A DNA stretch of 64,000 bases, taken from Curvularia clavata (lineage: Eukaryota). The notes under the pieces were generated by a model, which saw nothing but the letters and a program-made list of their open reading frames with translations, ran no database searches and had not been told where the DNA came from. Made by a program: the position numbers and the translations under genes. The first letter of the stretch is position 1. The number at the start of each line of letters is the position of its first letter. Where the stretch lies: NCBI GenBank assembly GCA_023920165.1, contig CP089275.1:1178001-1242000 (forward strand), in the 5' to 3' direction. Below are positions 23,869 to 35,844 of this stretch, in pieces.

Positions 23869-24915
23869 ATGTCCAAACTCAAAGATCAGCTGCCATGGAC
23901 GACCTCTCCACTCATCGTGAACGCGCCCATGGCAGGCTTCGCAGGCGGTAAATTGGCGTCCGCAGTCACACTCGCAGGCGGCCTTGGCATGATCGGCGGC
24001 CTGTGGGACATGGATGCCGTGCGGAACGAGATCGGTATAGTGGTTGAGACACTCAAAAGTACGCCTGTCACCTCGGCGGCGTCGGGGACATTACCGATCG
24101 GTGTCGGTTTCCTGCCTTTTGTCACGAAGCTGGATGAGGTGTTGGCTATTCTCCAGGACTACAAGCCAGCGGTGATGTGGCTCTTCGCGTCAAAGACGTT
24201 GGATGACTATGCGGACTGGGCGCAGGCGATACGCAAGGCTTCGCCTGAAACCAAGATCTGGATCCAGGTTGGTAGCGTGGCGGCTGCACTACATATAGGG
24301 AAAACAGCACAGCCAGATGTCCTCTGTCTCCAGGGTGCAGATGCCGGCGGTCATGGTTTCGAAAAAGGTGCTTCGATCATTTCGCTGCTACCAGAAGCTT
24401 CGGACGCCCTCGCCGCAGAAGGCCTTGCTCATATTCCGCTTGTAGCATCAGGCGGCATCGCAGATGGGAGGGGTGTCGCAGCTGCTGTCGCTCTGGGTGC
24501 TCAAGGTGTGGTAATGGGAACCCGGTTTCTTGCGTCGGAGGAAGTGAAGATACATCCCAAATACCAGGCTGCCATCCTTGAGGCGCAGGATGGCGGACAG
24601 GTGACCACGCGCTCAAAACTCTTTGATCAACTGCGAGGTCCTAATATCTGGCCGGAGCTATACGATGGACGCAGTTTGGTTGTGCAGAGCCACAAGGATT
24701 TTTTGAATGGCATGAGCCTGGAAGAAATCCAGAAACTGCATAATGAAGAGGCTGCAGGTGAAGATAAAGGGTACAATACAGGATTGCAAGGCCGCGCGGC
24801 GATATGGGCCGGCGCGGGTGTGGGATTGGTGAAGGAAGTTCAGAGCGCGAGAAATATTGTAGAAAAGGTACGAGGGCATGCTTGTGATATCTTACTTCGG
24901 GTTGCAAATATGTAA
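23869..24915 (+). CDS. Nitronate monooxygenase / 2-nitropropane dioxygenase family flavoprotein
   Basis: Motifs PLIVNAPMAG, AGGLGMIG, QGADAGGHG, LVASGGIADGRG, GAQGVVMGTRFLAS and WAGAGVGL. Confidence 0.93.
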   Translation: MSKLKDQLPWTTSPLIVNAPMAGFAGGKLASAVTLAGGLGMIGGLWDMDAVRNEIGIVVETLKSTPVTSAASGTLPIGVGFLPFVTKLDEVLAILQDYKPAVMWLFASKTLDDYADWAQAIRKASPETKIWIQVGSVAAALHIGKTAQPDVLCLQGADAGGHGFEKGASIISLLPEASDALAAEGLAHIPLVASGGIADGRGVAAAVALGAQGVVMGTRFLASEEVKIHPKYQAAILEAQDGGQVTTRSKLFDQLRGPNIWPELYDGRSLVVQSHKDFLNGMSLEEIQKLHNEEAAGEDKGYNTGLQGRAAIWAGAGVGLVKEVQSARNIVEKVRGHACDILLRVANM

Positions 24916-25021
24916 GGCCGCAAGAAGCAAACAACAGCAAACGGATTGATGACGTCACCTTGGAACAGTGAAGGTGTCAAACGCCCTTTGTTTACATGGT
25001 CTCGTATACTCCATCGTCCGA

Positions 25022-27031
25022 CTATATGAGTGTGATAGTGCGCTTCTCCATGTGGTCCATAATCTGTATGAAGCGTTCGTAATTTCTTTCTCCTTCCACT
25101 CCCCTTTCTGTCATTTCATCCTCAGAAGACTCTGTGTCAGTAGCGCTCCAAGTCGCATGCGCCTGAAGACCAAGTTCCACGACGCCTACCCGTCTATATT
25201 TTCCAACTTCACTGGTCCTTTCAATCACCAATGAGTTGATGAAACGCCGAGCATATTTGCTTTTCATCTTTCTCTTCGGCATTATCAATGGTATAGCAAG
25301 TGCTTCTGTATGTTGCTTTCCGTGGGTGGTGGCATCCAAGGGACTGTCCCAGCGAGGTGAATACCACACAACCTCGTTGGGATTGGTCTCAACTGTTTCC
25401 AATGACGACAACGTACCCGTCTTGCGGAGGTCCGAAAGCTTAAAAATAGGAGCTTGGATCACAATATGCGCTTCGATGGCATCGCCAAGAAGAGGTGGCC
25501 CTCTTGTCTTGTACGCAACCTTCATGATCTTTGTGTGTGGGACTTCCTCAAATTCGTTCAAAGCGGGGATGTTGTCCCATATAACAGGGGCTTTAACGCT
25601 AACCCATGACCAAGTTGGTAAGCTTCGTGGTTCGAGTCCAGAAGAAGGTCCAGGATGGTGGTCCGGTTTCCATGTATCTACGGACCATAACAGATCTAGA
25701 CGGAGAGAGTCCTCCCACAGTCCGTGCACATATTTCTTTTGGTGGTTCTCTGCTTCAATTCGACTCGCAAAGGCAGCAATCGCGGGCAGTCGATCCTTCT
25801 CGAATGTAAGGCCTCGCCAAGAGTAAGCTCCTACGATAGAGTACCACAAACCTTCTATCGAAAGGTCCGGCTCCCTTATCAGGTTTGCTGATACAAGAGA
25901 CGATATTTCAATTGATCCGTCTGGATCGCCTTCACAAATTGACCTTGATTGACACTGCCAAACAACTTCGTTGCGACCATAGTGTATTACGCGCGGGGAT
26001 AAACTGAGCTCTTGAAAGGTCCAACCGCGCTTGTATAGTGTGTGTCCGTCATTGAAGTCTGGATCCATGAAATCGTCACTTGCAGAGGGTAGCTGTGCTT
26101 GCTTTCGAATTTGTATCCATGGATATCCAGGCAGAGAAACACTAGTTAGGCGGTCGGAAATATCGTTGAATAGCCCTTCTGTGGAGTTCCTGGCAGCGAC
26201 TGCCGCAATAGTTACGTATGCATTCTGATAGATTTCTGCCATGCGTGAAGCTTGTTCACTCCAATCGTGGCTGCTATTCTGGATAATGCAAAGACTGTCG
26301 ATCCATAAATGATTGATACCGAGCTCTTTACAGACAACTACGCTGTCTCTATAAGTTTTTGGGAGATTCTGGATCGAGATTCCATCCTCCATATGGACAG
26401 CTTTGTTTTCAAGCGTTGTTTTCATGGTATTCTGTGCACTACCCCAGCAATGGCTCAAACATGCGTATCGTGCTGGCACGATCCTTTCTTCGAGAAAAAC
26501 GGAGTCGTCATGAATACGAATAAACCGGATACCTTGGAGAGCTTTGTCATTCTGATCTTTCGTGCCGCAACTTTGATGATTTGATTCACAATCGGCGATC
26601 CACTTCTTCAGAACGTTGAAAGTCATAGCAGACGACGTGTCTCCAGAAAACCTAGTGAGCCGACGTTTCTTGTCTAATGAATGGAATGTGTCTGAGCCAT
26701 CTGATTATCTATGAGCTTTCATCCGACTTTTAGCCTATGAGCGCATACCTTGACTAGGAACCATCCATTCAAATACATGGACTCTCCCATCAGCTCCAAC
26801 GTAGCCCATCCCGTCTCTGTATAGAGATGCGTGACCGTTCTCAGGGCTTTTTATAAGACCAAGCGTATTTTTGAAATCCCTATCGATCCAAGCATGTGCT
26901 AACTTGAACCATAAGCAGTCTCCCCGAATACCTTGACCATGATCAACAGTTAAATCCGCTGGTGCAAGAAATGCATCTTGTTCAGCGCAATGCGAGCAAC
27001 TATGAGAGAGTAGTTCCACATGTGACGACAT
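25022..27031 (-). CDS. HET (heterokaryon incompatibility) domain protein, 2 exons
   Basis: Motifs YACLSHCWG, LPKTYRDSV, LWIDSLCIIQN, MAEIYQNAYVTIAA, LYKRGWTFQELSLSPR, DRLPAIAA and PTWSWVS. A GTATGC...CAG intron near 26701-26748 joins the upstream ORF in frame. Confidence 0.9.
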
Positions 27032-27476
27032 GATTCTTGGGCAAGTAACCTCACGAAAGACTTCGTAGAAAATGCAAAAGGAGTAACCAAGCAGGCTGAC
27101 AGGTGACTGGCGATAGCACAGCCTGGGAGCTAAGTCCCCGCTTGTATTAGTGCGGGGCTATAACGATGTGGGTGAGGCTGAAGAATACGAGCCCAGAATG
27201 TATCAGTCACGCGCATCCATTCCAGAAAGACAGGAGAAAAACAAAAACGGAGGTTTCACCGCGCTATTCCTGACTGACAAGCGATCTCAATCTGCTCCTA
27301 GTATTGATATATGAATTACCTATTTCTTCTGTACAACACTACACCAACAAGGCTAGCCCCCTGTTCCAACGCGCTAAGCTAGAGGGTATCCAAATTACCA
27401 AAGAAATTTCGCATGAAGCAGCCGAAAGAAAAAATGAGATAAGGAAAGACCCGAATGCTAACTACCAAGCAAACCC

Positions 27477-30435
27477 TTAGATCATACACACACCAATTAG
27501 TGCAACTATCAGACCCAGTATGCTCGTCTGTGAAGGTAGATGAACATCTCGCGCCGCTGCACCAGTAAATTGTTCAACACCTGTTTGCAGCGCGGGCAGG
27601 GCGCTGCCGTTTGTCGGCATCAAGAAGCCGGCGGCCACGGTGAGAGTGGCGGCTAGAGACTGAAGGGCTTCGGTCGGGAATGCTGGTGGAGCGGGTATGG
27701 CCAGGGTTGGTGGCACGGCAATTTGACTCGGAATGATTGCAGTTGATGACGCGATGGATGCAGGAGTTGAAGAAGCAAGAGTGGAGGAGCTGCCGGGGGT
27801 GGAAGACGCGGAAGTCACCGTAGATTCTGAGGACGAGGCGTCGGTACTGAGAGCAGACGAAGACGCGGAAGCGGAACTGGTCTCAGGTGTAGAAGTTGTT
27901 TCGACTGAAGATTTGGCTTCCGATGAGGTGGGAGCGGCGCTGCTCTCTTGCGTAGATGTGGCTTCAACTGTAGATTCAGGCGAAGTGGAAGAGCTGCTCT
28001 GCGGTGTAGATGTCGCTTCCGTCGAAGACCTAACTTCTGAAGTCGAAGTCTTCGCAACTTCTGTGGAAGAAGCCCTAGTCTGGCGACTAGTGGAAAAGAG
28101 AGTAAAAGAGAAGTTTGGGTCCAGTGTTGTAGCGTTCGCAAATGCTGGGGTTGCAGTCGTAATGGAAGGTGTAGTTGTAACGATGCTCGTCGACGTATTC
28201 GCGAATAATGCAGACGTAGAGGAGACGGTGAAGTTCGACACTGTTGTTGTGTTGACTCCAACAGAAGAGCTCGCCAGGGCGGTGCTGCTGGCCAATACGG
28301 TAGTACTGTTCAGGAATGACGGAGCTAGAGAGCTTGTGGTAGTGGTGTTCAAGGGCAATGAGGCTGAGGAGCATGGAGTAGTAGCATTCAGATATGTTGG
28401 GGCCGAGGAGCTTGCCGTAGTGATGTTCAGGGGTGACGGTGTTGATAAGCTTGTGCTAGTCGTACTGGCCGTAGCATTCTGGAATGAAGGCGTCGAAAGG
28501 CTCAGGCTGGTCGAAGTGGCGATCGAATCCGTTATAACTACAGCAGAGGTTGTAGCGTTCAGGACTTGCGATGTGTTTTCCGGGATAGCAGTAGCATTTG
28601 TCGCCGGCGCCGAAGTCTCGGTTGCACTTGATGGCGGCGCAGGGATAATGACCCCACGACTATTATCAAAAGCGCGGTCTGGAGATGTGCATTCGGAAAC
28701 AAGAGGAAACTGCGCTGTGAACACATTCTGTGAAACCGAGACTTGGTTGAAAGGTGGTGGTAGCACCGGGAGTGCGAGGTTAAAGGCAAGCTCGCAAGAG
28801 ATGGAAACATTAGCTTCAACTAAGGCGAGTGGACCCAGCTTGATGGGATTCTGGCGCCGCTGCAAAGTGCTGTTTGTGAATGGTGGTACAGGTGGCGCGA
28901 GTGGTGCCGTTGGCACTGCTGGCGCTGCTGGTGCTGTAACGTTGGTGCCATTGCCGCAGTTTGCAGCAATGTTGCTCGAGAGCTTTGCATCCAGTCGAGG
29001 TAGTTCCAGAGTAGCAGTCACCTCTGCTTTCAACTGGTCGAGAAACTCGAAACCGACTGGAATGGAAGGCTTAAATGCAAGACCAAGCAAAATATCAGCA
29101 TCCGTGATATTGACTGTAACTGGCAAAGGAGTGAGACTGGTGTCTTGGAAGCCAGTGAGTTTGCTGCCGCCGAGGTTTGTGAGTTCGACCCGGATACTGG
29201 AGGCATCTGGTACCTTGAGATCGAGCCCATAGTTCACTTCAAGCCCGCCGCTGACATTGAAGTTGAAGTTGACTCTTGGTTCAAATACAGCGCCTGCCTT
29301 ACCAATACCAGGTATGGTAAACCCAGCAATTGGAAGCTGGAAGAGAGCAACGTCAAAAGCCCCGCTAGAGGATGGTCGCGCAAATAGCTCCAGTCGCGCA
29401 CCAACGCCAGTAGCTACCAGCTCCATGAAGCCACCCGTAATGACTTTTGAAATCTCCTTGCCATCGTCACCGCCTTGAAAAATGTCGGGAATCAGGTCGA
29501 TTTGTGACAGGTCAATGTTGAAAGCACCTTGGGAGAGCGCCAGCTGTCCCGTGGTAGCGCATCGCTTACAACCGACTTCAATAGGTATATTGGGCAGCTG
29601 AGGGATTGGAACGACGCCTCCAATAACATCCAGAATGTCTTTTGGATCGAAGGTCTTATCAAGTATCTCGGAGTTCAAGTTGAAGAGGGCGGTGTTAACA
29701 TTGTCCGGAGTGTCCTGAGGGATGCTGACCCTGTTCTGACGCTTGCCCCGAATCCTGGCAAAGTCGGAGTGGCGGCGGTAGATGTGGTCGTCATTGGTGT
29801 GTCCAAACGTTACGTTCACGTGGTCGAAGGCTTCTCGCCATGTTGTCTTCATAACGGATACCTCGAGTGCTTCTCCATCCTCGGCAAAGGATACATTGTT
29901 CACACTGGGGCTGTCAGATCATGTTGTTGAAGAGTCACGGGTGACTTACCGATACACTGATCTCTCTCCTTCGTTATTGCAACCCTCATGCGACGTGATG
30001 ATCAAACCACCAGTTTCGCTTTCGCAGGCAGCTCTAGCATCGCGAGCAGACGAAGTATCAACGAAATGGAGCTTCATAGCATCTTGATCACACTTTACTG
30101 CTTTCAGATGATGCTCATGCTCTTCCAAGTTGAAGACTGGTTTCTGAGAACCGACTTTGACCTGCGAAGCAAAAGTAGATGCGTCGCTCCATACGTTTTC
30201 ATCTACTCAATGGTTAGCCAGTGTGTATACAACCAAGAATGAGCAACCCACGATCCACATAGGCCATCTCGGTCTCGAATCTTTTCGTGATGCGAACACT
30301 TCTCCTGTAGAGATCAGAGCGCTTCGTAGCCGCTCTCAGCACACGATTTGGTTGCGCTTGTAAGCCACGGTCCGGCATAGCAGCCACATGGCTACCGACG
30401 GCCGCGACCACAACAATCGCGTGTAGAAGATGCAT
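27477..30435 (-). CDS. Putative GPI-anchored Ser/Thr-rich cell-wall glycoprotein, 3 exons
   Basis: Signal peptide MHLLHAIVVVAAVGSHVAA; globular N-terminal region (IITSHEGCNNEGER, VGCKRCATTG); long S/T stalk with many NxT/S sites; EQFTGAA plus a hydrophobic tail typical of a GPI signal. Confidence 0.85.
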
Positions 30436-31747
30436 ATTGGTACGCGCCTGGAGCGTCCTCAGGAATCCGGAAGAGCGAGAGTATCCCGGTACAATAAGCT
30501 CAGGCGTCCAAGTAAACTGACCAAACGGTACGTCTTCCTGCTAGGCAAATCCCAAAAGCAACAAGACGATACAAAACAACCAACGCAAGCAACTTCAAAA
30601 AAAGAGCGACTGAAAACGAGATGTCTCAAAAGCAAAGGAGCGTGTAGACAGCCAGAAAAAGAAAGAACCAGGATCGCAGATAAAGCCCAGGTAGATATTT
30701 GATGCTCGCCAGCGAGAGACAATAATAACGAATGACTGAATAAAATGAACGCAAGAACCACCAACGGCCTCGAGTCGAGTCGCGAGAGATAGTAGAGAGT
30801 GTGAGTGAGCGATAGCAGCAACGAAAAAAAGCACAGGCAGCGGAAACACAGACAACCGGGGATCAAACCAAAGAGATATGTACCCTAACACTCTTCATCC
30901 CCCTTCATCGTGGCCTCCATACCCAAATGAGAAGGTATGCACCCATGTCGCAACACCGCGTTGGGCAAAGAACGCGGGTTCCTGGCTGAACCCACGACTC
31001 GAGAGGAACAAAAGAGGATTGGGGCCCTGCGTCTAACTCGTCTCTTCTTCCTGGTACCTGGCAGCTAACACGCCAAGAGCCCCCCATTTTGTTCCTTCCA
31101 GCCCGGGAGGGGGGTCGGAGGTATTATGATTAGTACTATCGTGATATAGACTGCCAAGCCACCAAATGTCACCACCCCCCCTTCGTTGCGCCTTTGTGGC
31201 TCCTGCATTAAGAGGCGGTGCTCAATGTTCATGTTACGCTGTTCTCCACTACCTACTATCTACACGGCGAAACGGTAACTGCCGTTGATCCCCATGCATG
31301 GGAAGATCTCCTCGTACTGTGCGGACATCCGTAGGAATCGCAGTCAACATAACCCCCCCAATATACCAACATGTACATACGTACGGAGTACATAGCGCAA
31401 CTGATAGTTCCAGATGCAGCCCCCCCAATTCCCAGCCCCAAACACGCTACACACGCCAGCCGCGCAGACACGCCTGACGTTTGAGAACCAGCGTTCCTGT
31501 GCCTCAGGTTCTGTCCAACGGGCGCTAAACCGTATCGGGCCGTACCTGAGACGCCTTGGCATTTGCTGTGGGAAATCCGCCTTGGGCGCACGTCCAGACT
31601 CCTCTCTCTTTCACAATACATATGAACGTCACGAAGTCGTACTGAGGATCAATCTGTCTCGCTACCTCGATCGCGATGAGCGCTACTTGGATACTGCATC
31701 TCTGATCTTTTCTTTAAATCACTCCGAGGAAGAGTAGGATGGGTATG

Positions 31748-31748
<1 letters not shown>

Positions 31749-31793
<45 letters not shown>
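31749..31793. repeat. (TG)~22 microsatellite
   Basis: Perfect TG run read directly. Confidence 0.97.
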
Positions 31794-31795
<2 letters not shown>

Positions 31796-32578
31796 CACTC
31801 ACGCATGTTGGTGGCGTGTGTCGCAGGGAAAATGTCGGCTGGGACAATGTGGAGTCTGGTGCAGAATGGGGGGCAGGGCCAGCCTAAGGCCGAGACACCA
31901 CGCTGGGTTCCAGGATGATGCACGGCACGAGACAGAATCAAGAGAGCCACCTTTCGTCGAATGGGAAAAGTGTTTTTTTCGGATGATAAAGGTGTGGCCC
32001 ATCTGTCAGTGATGCATTTCTTAGGATGCCGCGATATCCTTTTGGCACCGGCCTTATACCTGTCAAAACGACGTGCAAATTATGCCGTGACCCATCCAGT
32101 AAATCCTTCGGTTTTTTCCCACGTCGTACCTGAACAGCACATGAGTAATGATGGTGTTTATTTCTTGCTTGATAAACGGATGCAACATCCGACCAATAAA
32201 TCTACACGTACTATATGTGAACCAGGGGGCAGTATATGCGATATCAGTTATCTTCACTTTTTTATTTTTTTGAATTCTTTTTATAGTTTCTATGATGCAC
32301 AAGAGGTCTAGAGGCATAGATAGACAGATAACTATATGTATAGATGGAAGAATGGGGGCCGGAGCCATAATAATGCCAATAACTTTAGACCAAGGTGACA
32401 TCTATACAAAACCACAATCTCACCCCTTAACCCACAAAAAAGGCCGCGAGAGAAAAGGAAAAGGGGGAGGAGGAAAGACCAGAAGCAGCATAACCGGGAC
32501 GATTTATTTCATACGGCATCTCTTGATCAATTTTTTGATAAACAGCCTCCTCTTGTGAGCAGGCCGTTTCTTAGAATG

Positions 32579-34642
32579 TCAGCTGGAAGGTTGAGCCGGA
32601 GGGGGTGGCTTCTTTTTGAGTGTGTTGCGGCGGGGCTTCTTCTCCGCGTCAAGTGTTCGCTGGGCGCTGTTGTGTCCTTCGCCATAGCCCTCTCCCGTCG
32701 AAACAGCACTAACTGCCTTGCTCGCTCCAACGGTGATGCCTTTGGCTCCGAACTTGCCAGTCATGCTCTTGGTGCTCTGTTGGCTACCAATGCTTAGTCT
32801 CCTTGCCGGAGTGGGACTGGCTGGCGTTGTTGATTGAGATGGGTCTGTGCCTGCGACTTCATCGGACGACCACCAGCCTTCTGGGCGCGAGGTTGAGGTT
32901 TGTGCGGTGGTCTGAGACTGGTCGGGTGATTCAAAAGTAAGCGATTTCCTGTTATTGGGTGGCGGGGACATGATCCTGCTCCTGATTGAGGGAAACATTT
33001 CGCTGTTGATACTGTAGGCTGCCGGATATGACATCCTCGACGCGAGAACAGGGCTGGTAATGACAGAAGGACCGTCAGCTGCTGATGGACCATGGTAGGA
33101 AATTGCTCTCCGTGTTTGCGGCGAGGTTCTTCTTGTTCGCATGGTCGGCGAAGCTGGCTTCCTTTCGTCTCCTACGTCGTCGTATCCTTCGTGCTCGGGC
33201 AAAGTATCAGACGGGGGCATATGGTTTCTGAAGTTGACTGGTGACCGCAGGCGTCGGTCCTTGGGACTATGCGATGATCCGTTTTCCGAGGTCGCAAACT
33301 TTTCCAGGGCCTCAAAGACGTGTGGGAAGACAAGAGTGTTGACAGACTCTGCCCACAGGAAGTCGAGGTGCTCGTAGTGAGGGATCTCCTTGGCGATGGT
33401 ATGAGAGGGGAGCTCTTTCAACATGACACTGATGTCAACGAGGCTATCTGAGCCACCATAGACTAGCACGATAGGCGTCTTGATATTCTTGGTGGGAAAC
33501 TTGGCGACCTTGTAGTACTTGGACCGGTTGGATGTGATGGGATTCGGTGCATCATCGTCGTACATCTGGAAGGTGCCGTTGCGGATGATCTGAAACCAGT
33601 GGACGACGCTCTTGGTGGAAGTGTATGAGTAAAGATGAGGGTAAGCCGCAAGTTTTTGTTCCGGCAGAATGTTGGTGGCGGTCCATCCGAAAAGAAAGCG
33701 CAAAGACTTGTCGATAAGGCGAACAAAGATGGGTGGGTATAAGATGGATTGCCACATGGTGGTTGAGGGAAGGATAGATTTGCGGCCGAAAGCGAGGTAC
33801 AAGATGTCTGGGGAGGCCTTTACAAAGGCGTCAACAATCCCTGAAGCAACACCTTTGGGCGACATGGCTGGAGCCAGAGCAATAAAGACATCGACCTTTT
33901 CGTTGAGCGTTGGGTGTATGGACAGAGTCGCAAAAGCCTGGGCAGTTCCCTGGGAGAAGCCAATGTATGACAGCGACGGCTGATGCGTGGTCTCGAGGAT
34001 GTACGATATGGAGTCGGGGATGTCGTGAAAGGCGAATTGGTCCATGCTGAAGTTCCAAAAGCTGCTTGATGTCGGGGGAGTGTGTACACTCTTCTTGGAG
34101 TACTTGTTGCCGCGGTTGTTGCCGAGCCAGACATCGTAACCTCGCTCCACCAGCTCAAAGGGCAGGCATCGCTCCTTGGCCGTCAAACACACCCATACTT
34201 CGCTGTTCATCATCAAGCCATGATGCAGATAAACTACTTTTTTCCTCAGCCCCTTGGCACGGTCGCGAGGGTTGACCCGCACATTCTCCTCGCCCCTTTT
34301 CCAGCCGAGGCGATGCAGACCCAGCAGATATCCGTCTCCTGTCTGGACAATGTGCTCTTCACATTCGTATCCGTAGAGCTGGCATAGCTCGGCGAAATCG
34401 GAGGCGTTTGCGATTGAGCCCCAGACGCCCTTTTTCTGGTCACGCGAGCGCTTGGACGAGGGCGACGAGAGGTGGTTGAAGAGACGGCGCGTCAGGCGAT
34501 AGCAGAAGTTGATGATTGGGCTGGGGAGGGCGAGGGTGATGACGGCGATGAAGGACTCGAGGATGATGAGGTTGATAGACAAGAACAAGGCGATGTACTC
34601 TCGAACGTGCAGGCGCGAGAGAAACGGGATATGGAGCGCCAT
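32579..34642 (-). CDS. Sterol esterase / lipase (Tgl1/Yeh-like alpha/beta hydrolase)
   Basis: N-terminal TM segment; EEHIVQTGDGYLLGLHR, HHGLMMNSEVW, YDVWLGNNRGNKYS, nucleophile GFSQG and YEHLDFLW. Confidence 0.93.
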   Translation of the reverse strand: MALHIPFLSRLHVREYIALFLSINLIILESFIAVITLALPSPIINFCYRLTRRLFNHLSSPSSKRSRDQKKGVWGSIANASDFAELCQLYGYECEEHIVQTGDGYLLGLHRLGWKRGEENVRVNPRDRAKGLRKKVVYLHHGLMMNSEVWVCLTAKERCLPFELVERGYDVWLGNNRGNKYSKKSVHTPPTSSSFWNFSMDQFAFHDIPDSISYILETTHQPSLSYIGFSQGTAQAFATLSIHPTLNEKVDVFIALAPAMSPKGVASGIVDAFVKASPDILYLAFGRKSILPSTTMWQSILYPPIFVRLIDKSLRFLFGWTATNILPEQKLAAYPHLYSYTSTKSVVHWFQIIRNGTFQMYDDDAPNPITSNRSKYYKVAKFPTKNIKTPIVLVYGGSDSLVDISVMLKELPSHTIAKEIPHYEHLDFLWAESVNTLVFPHVFEALEKFATSENGSSHSPKDRRLRSPVNFRNHMPPSDTLPEHEGYDDVGDERKPASPTMRTRRTSPQTRRAISYHGPSAADGPSVITSPVLASRMSYPAAYSINSEMFPSIRSRIMSPPPNNRKSLTFESPDQSQTTAQTSTSRPEGWWSSDEVAGTDPSQSTTPASPTPARRLSIGSQQSTKSMTGKFGAKGITVGASKAVSAVSTGEGYGEGHNSAQRTLDAEKKPRRNTLKKKPPPPAQPSS

Positions 34643-35115
34643 GGCGTTGGCAGCTCGGAGGAGAGAGCAGCAGCAGCAGCGGCAACGGGGTTGAGACGAA
34701 GGCGAGACGGGACAGTTAAAGTCAAGGGCGCTCCATCCAACGACTGCAACGCCAACGCATCGCCCCTCTCTTCGCGCCGGGGCCTGATAAACGTCGAAGC
34801 TTGAGCTGTTCTGGGAAAGACGGTGAACGAGCCATTCGAGGTCCAGACAGCGGATGGGGAAAAATGACGTTGGCCGGCACTACTGCAATGCCATTTGGTG
34901 CCAAGTCGACGTGTCGCTGACATGTGACAGAGCATTTTGCCAGGGCGAAGGACGTGGTAGGCTGGTAATAGGCTGGCGAGTTGGCGGGCGTGCGGCCTGT
35001 CGGGGCCTGGCGCGGCAGCTTCCCGTAGCCGCTGATGCTGGCACTTTGCTCTGCTCCACTCTCATCATTCGACTCGACGTCGCTGCATCTCGACTGCACT
35101 GCCCGATAGCCAAAG

Positions 35116-35569
35116 ATGCCCCAGTCATGTAAAGACATCCGTACGCACCCGCCCTGTCCGCTTGATTGGTGTCCATGTCGCTAACCCACTCTGTCCATTG
35201 GCAGGCGCCGCCCTGGCCTTTTGCCTCCAAAATAGCGACTGCATAATGGTCGAACGACACACACCTGGCGAGTGTCTGCGCCCGCCCCTCAAATACACGC
35301 TCCCCACCCAGTGCCAGCAGCTGCAAAAGGGCTACGCCGAGTGCAAAAAGGGCATGATCGATATGCGCAAGCGCTTCCGAGGCAACAGGCCCATTGCCGT
35401 ACAGGGCCAGCTCGAGACGGGCGCGTTTGGTCAGGGACGAGCCGAGCAGGACGAAAAGGCCGGCACAATTGAGGAGAAGGGATACATGCTGTATGCGGGG
35501 CGACCGTACAAGGGCGTCAAGGAGACAAAGGGCGATGAGGATCCGGATGGGAAGGGTCTGGAGCGGTAG
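35116..35569 (+). CDS. PET191: Cytochrome c oxidase assembly factor Pet191/COA5, 2 exons
   Basis: MPQSCKDIR, intron 35141-35204, then AALAFCLQNSDC...CQQLQKGYAECKKGMIDMRKRFRGN (twin CX9C family signature). Confidence 0.92.
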
Positions 35570-35844
35570 TGGTTGGTGATGGGCAGTTTGAGAGGTGGTG
35601 GAAGAGGAAAAAAACGAAACAAGAAGGAGCACGCTCAAGACAATGCTCAACACCACTCACGAAGCGATGAAAAAACGACAATGATAACAGCATGGTTCGG
35701 CGTTGGCAACGGATTACCCACTGCATCTCCCCTCTGTATAGTAAACCGGTACATTGCGCACACTCGGCAAATACAGCCTCTACACACGCATATACGCACA
35801 CACATACTTTGCATGGATAAGGGACTTCGCATCTTGTTTACCGT

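Noticed and set aside
27733..29232. 499-aa V/E/A-rich plus-strand ORF
   Set aside because: Antisense shadow of the Ser/Thr-rich GPI protein.
31714..32012. ORFs with HTHTH or CVCVC runs
   Set aside because: Translations of the TG microsatellite.
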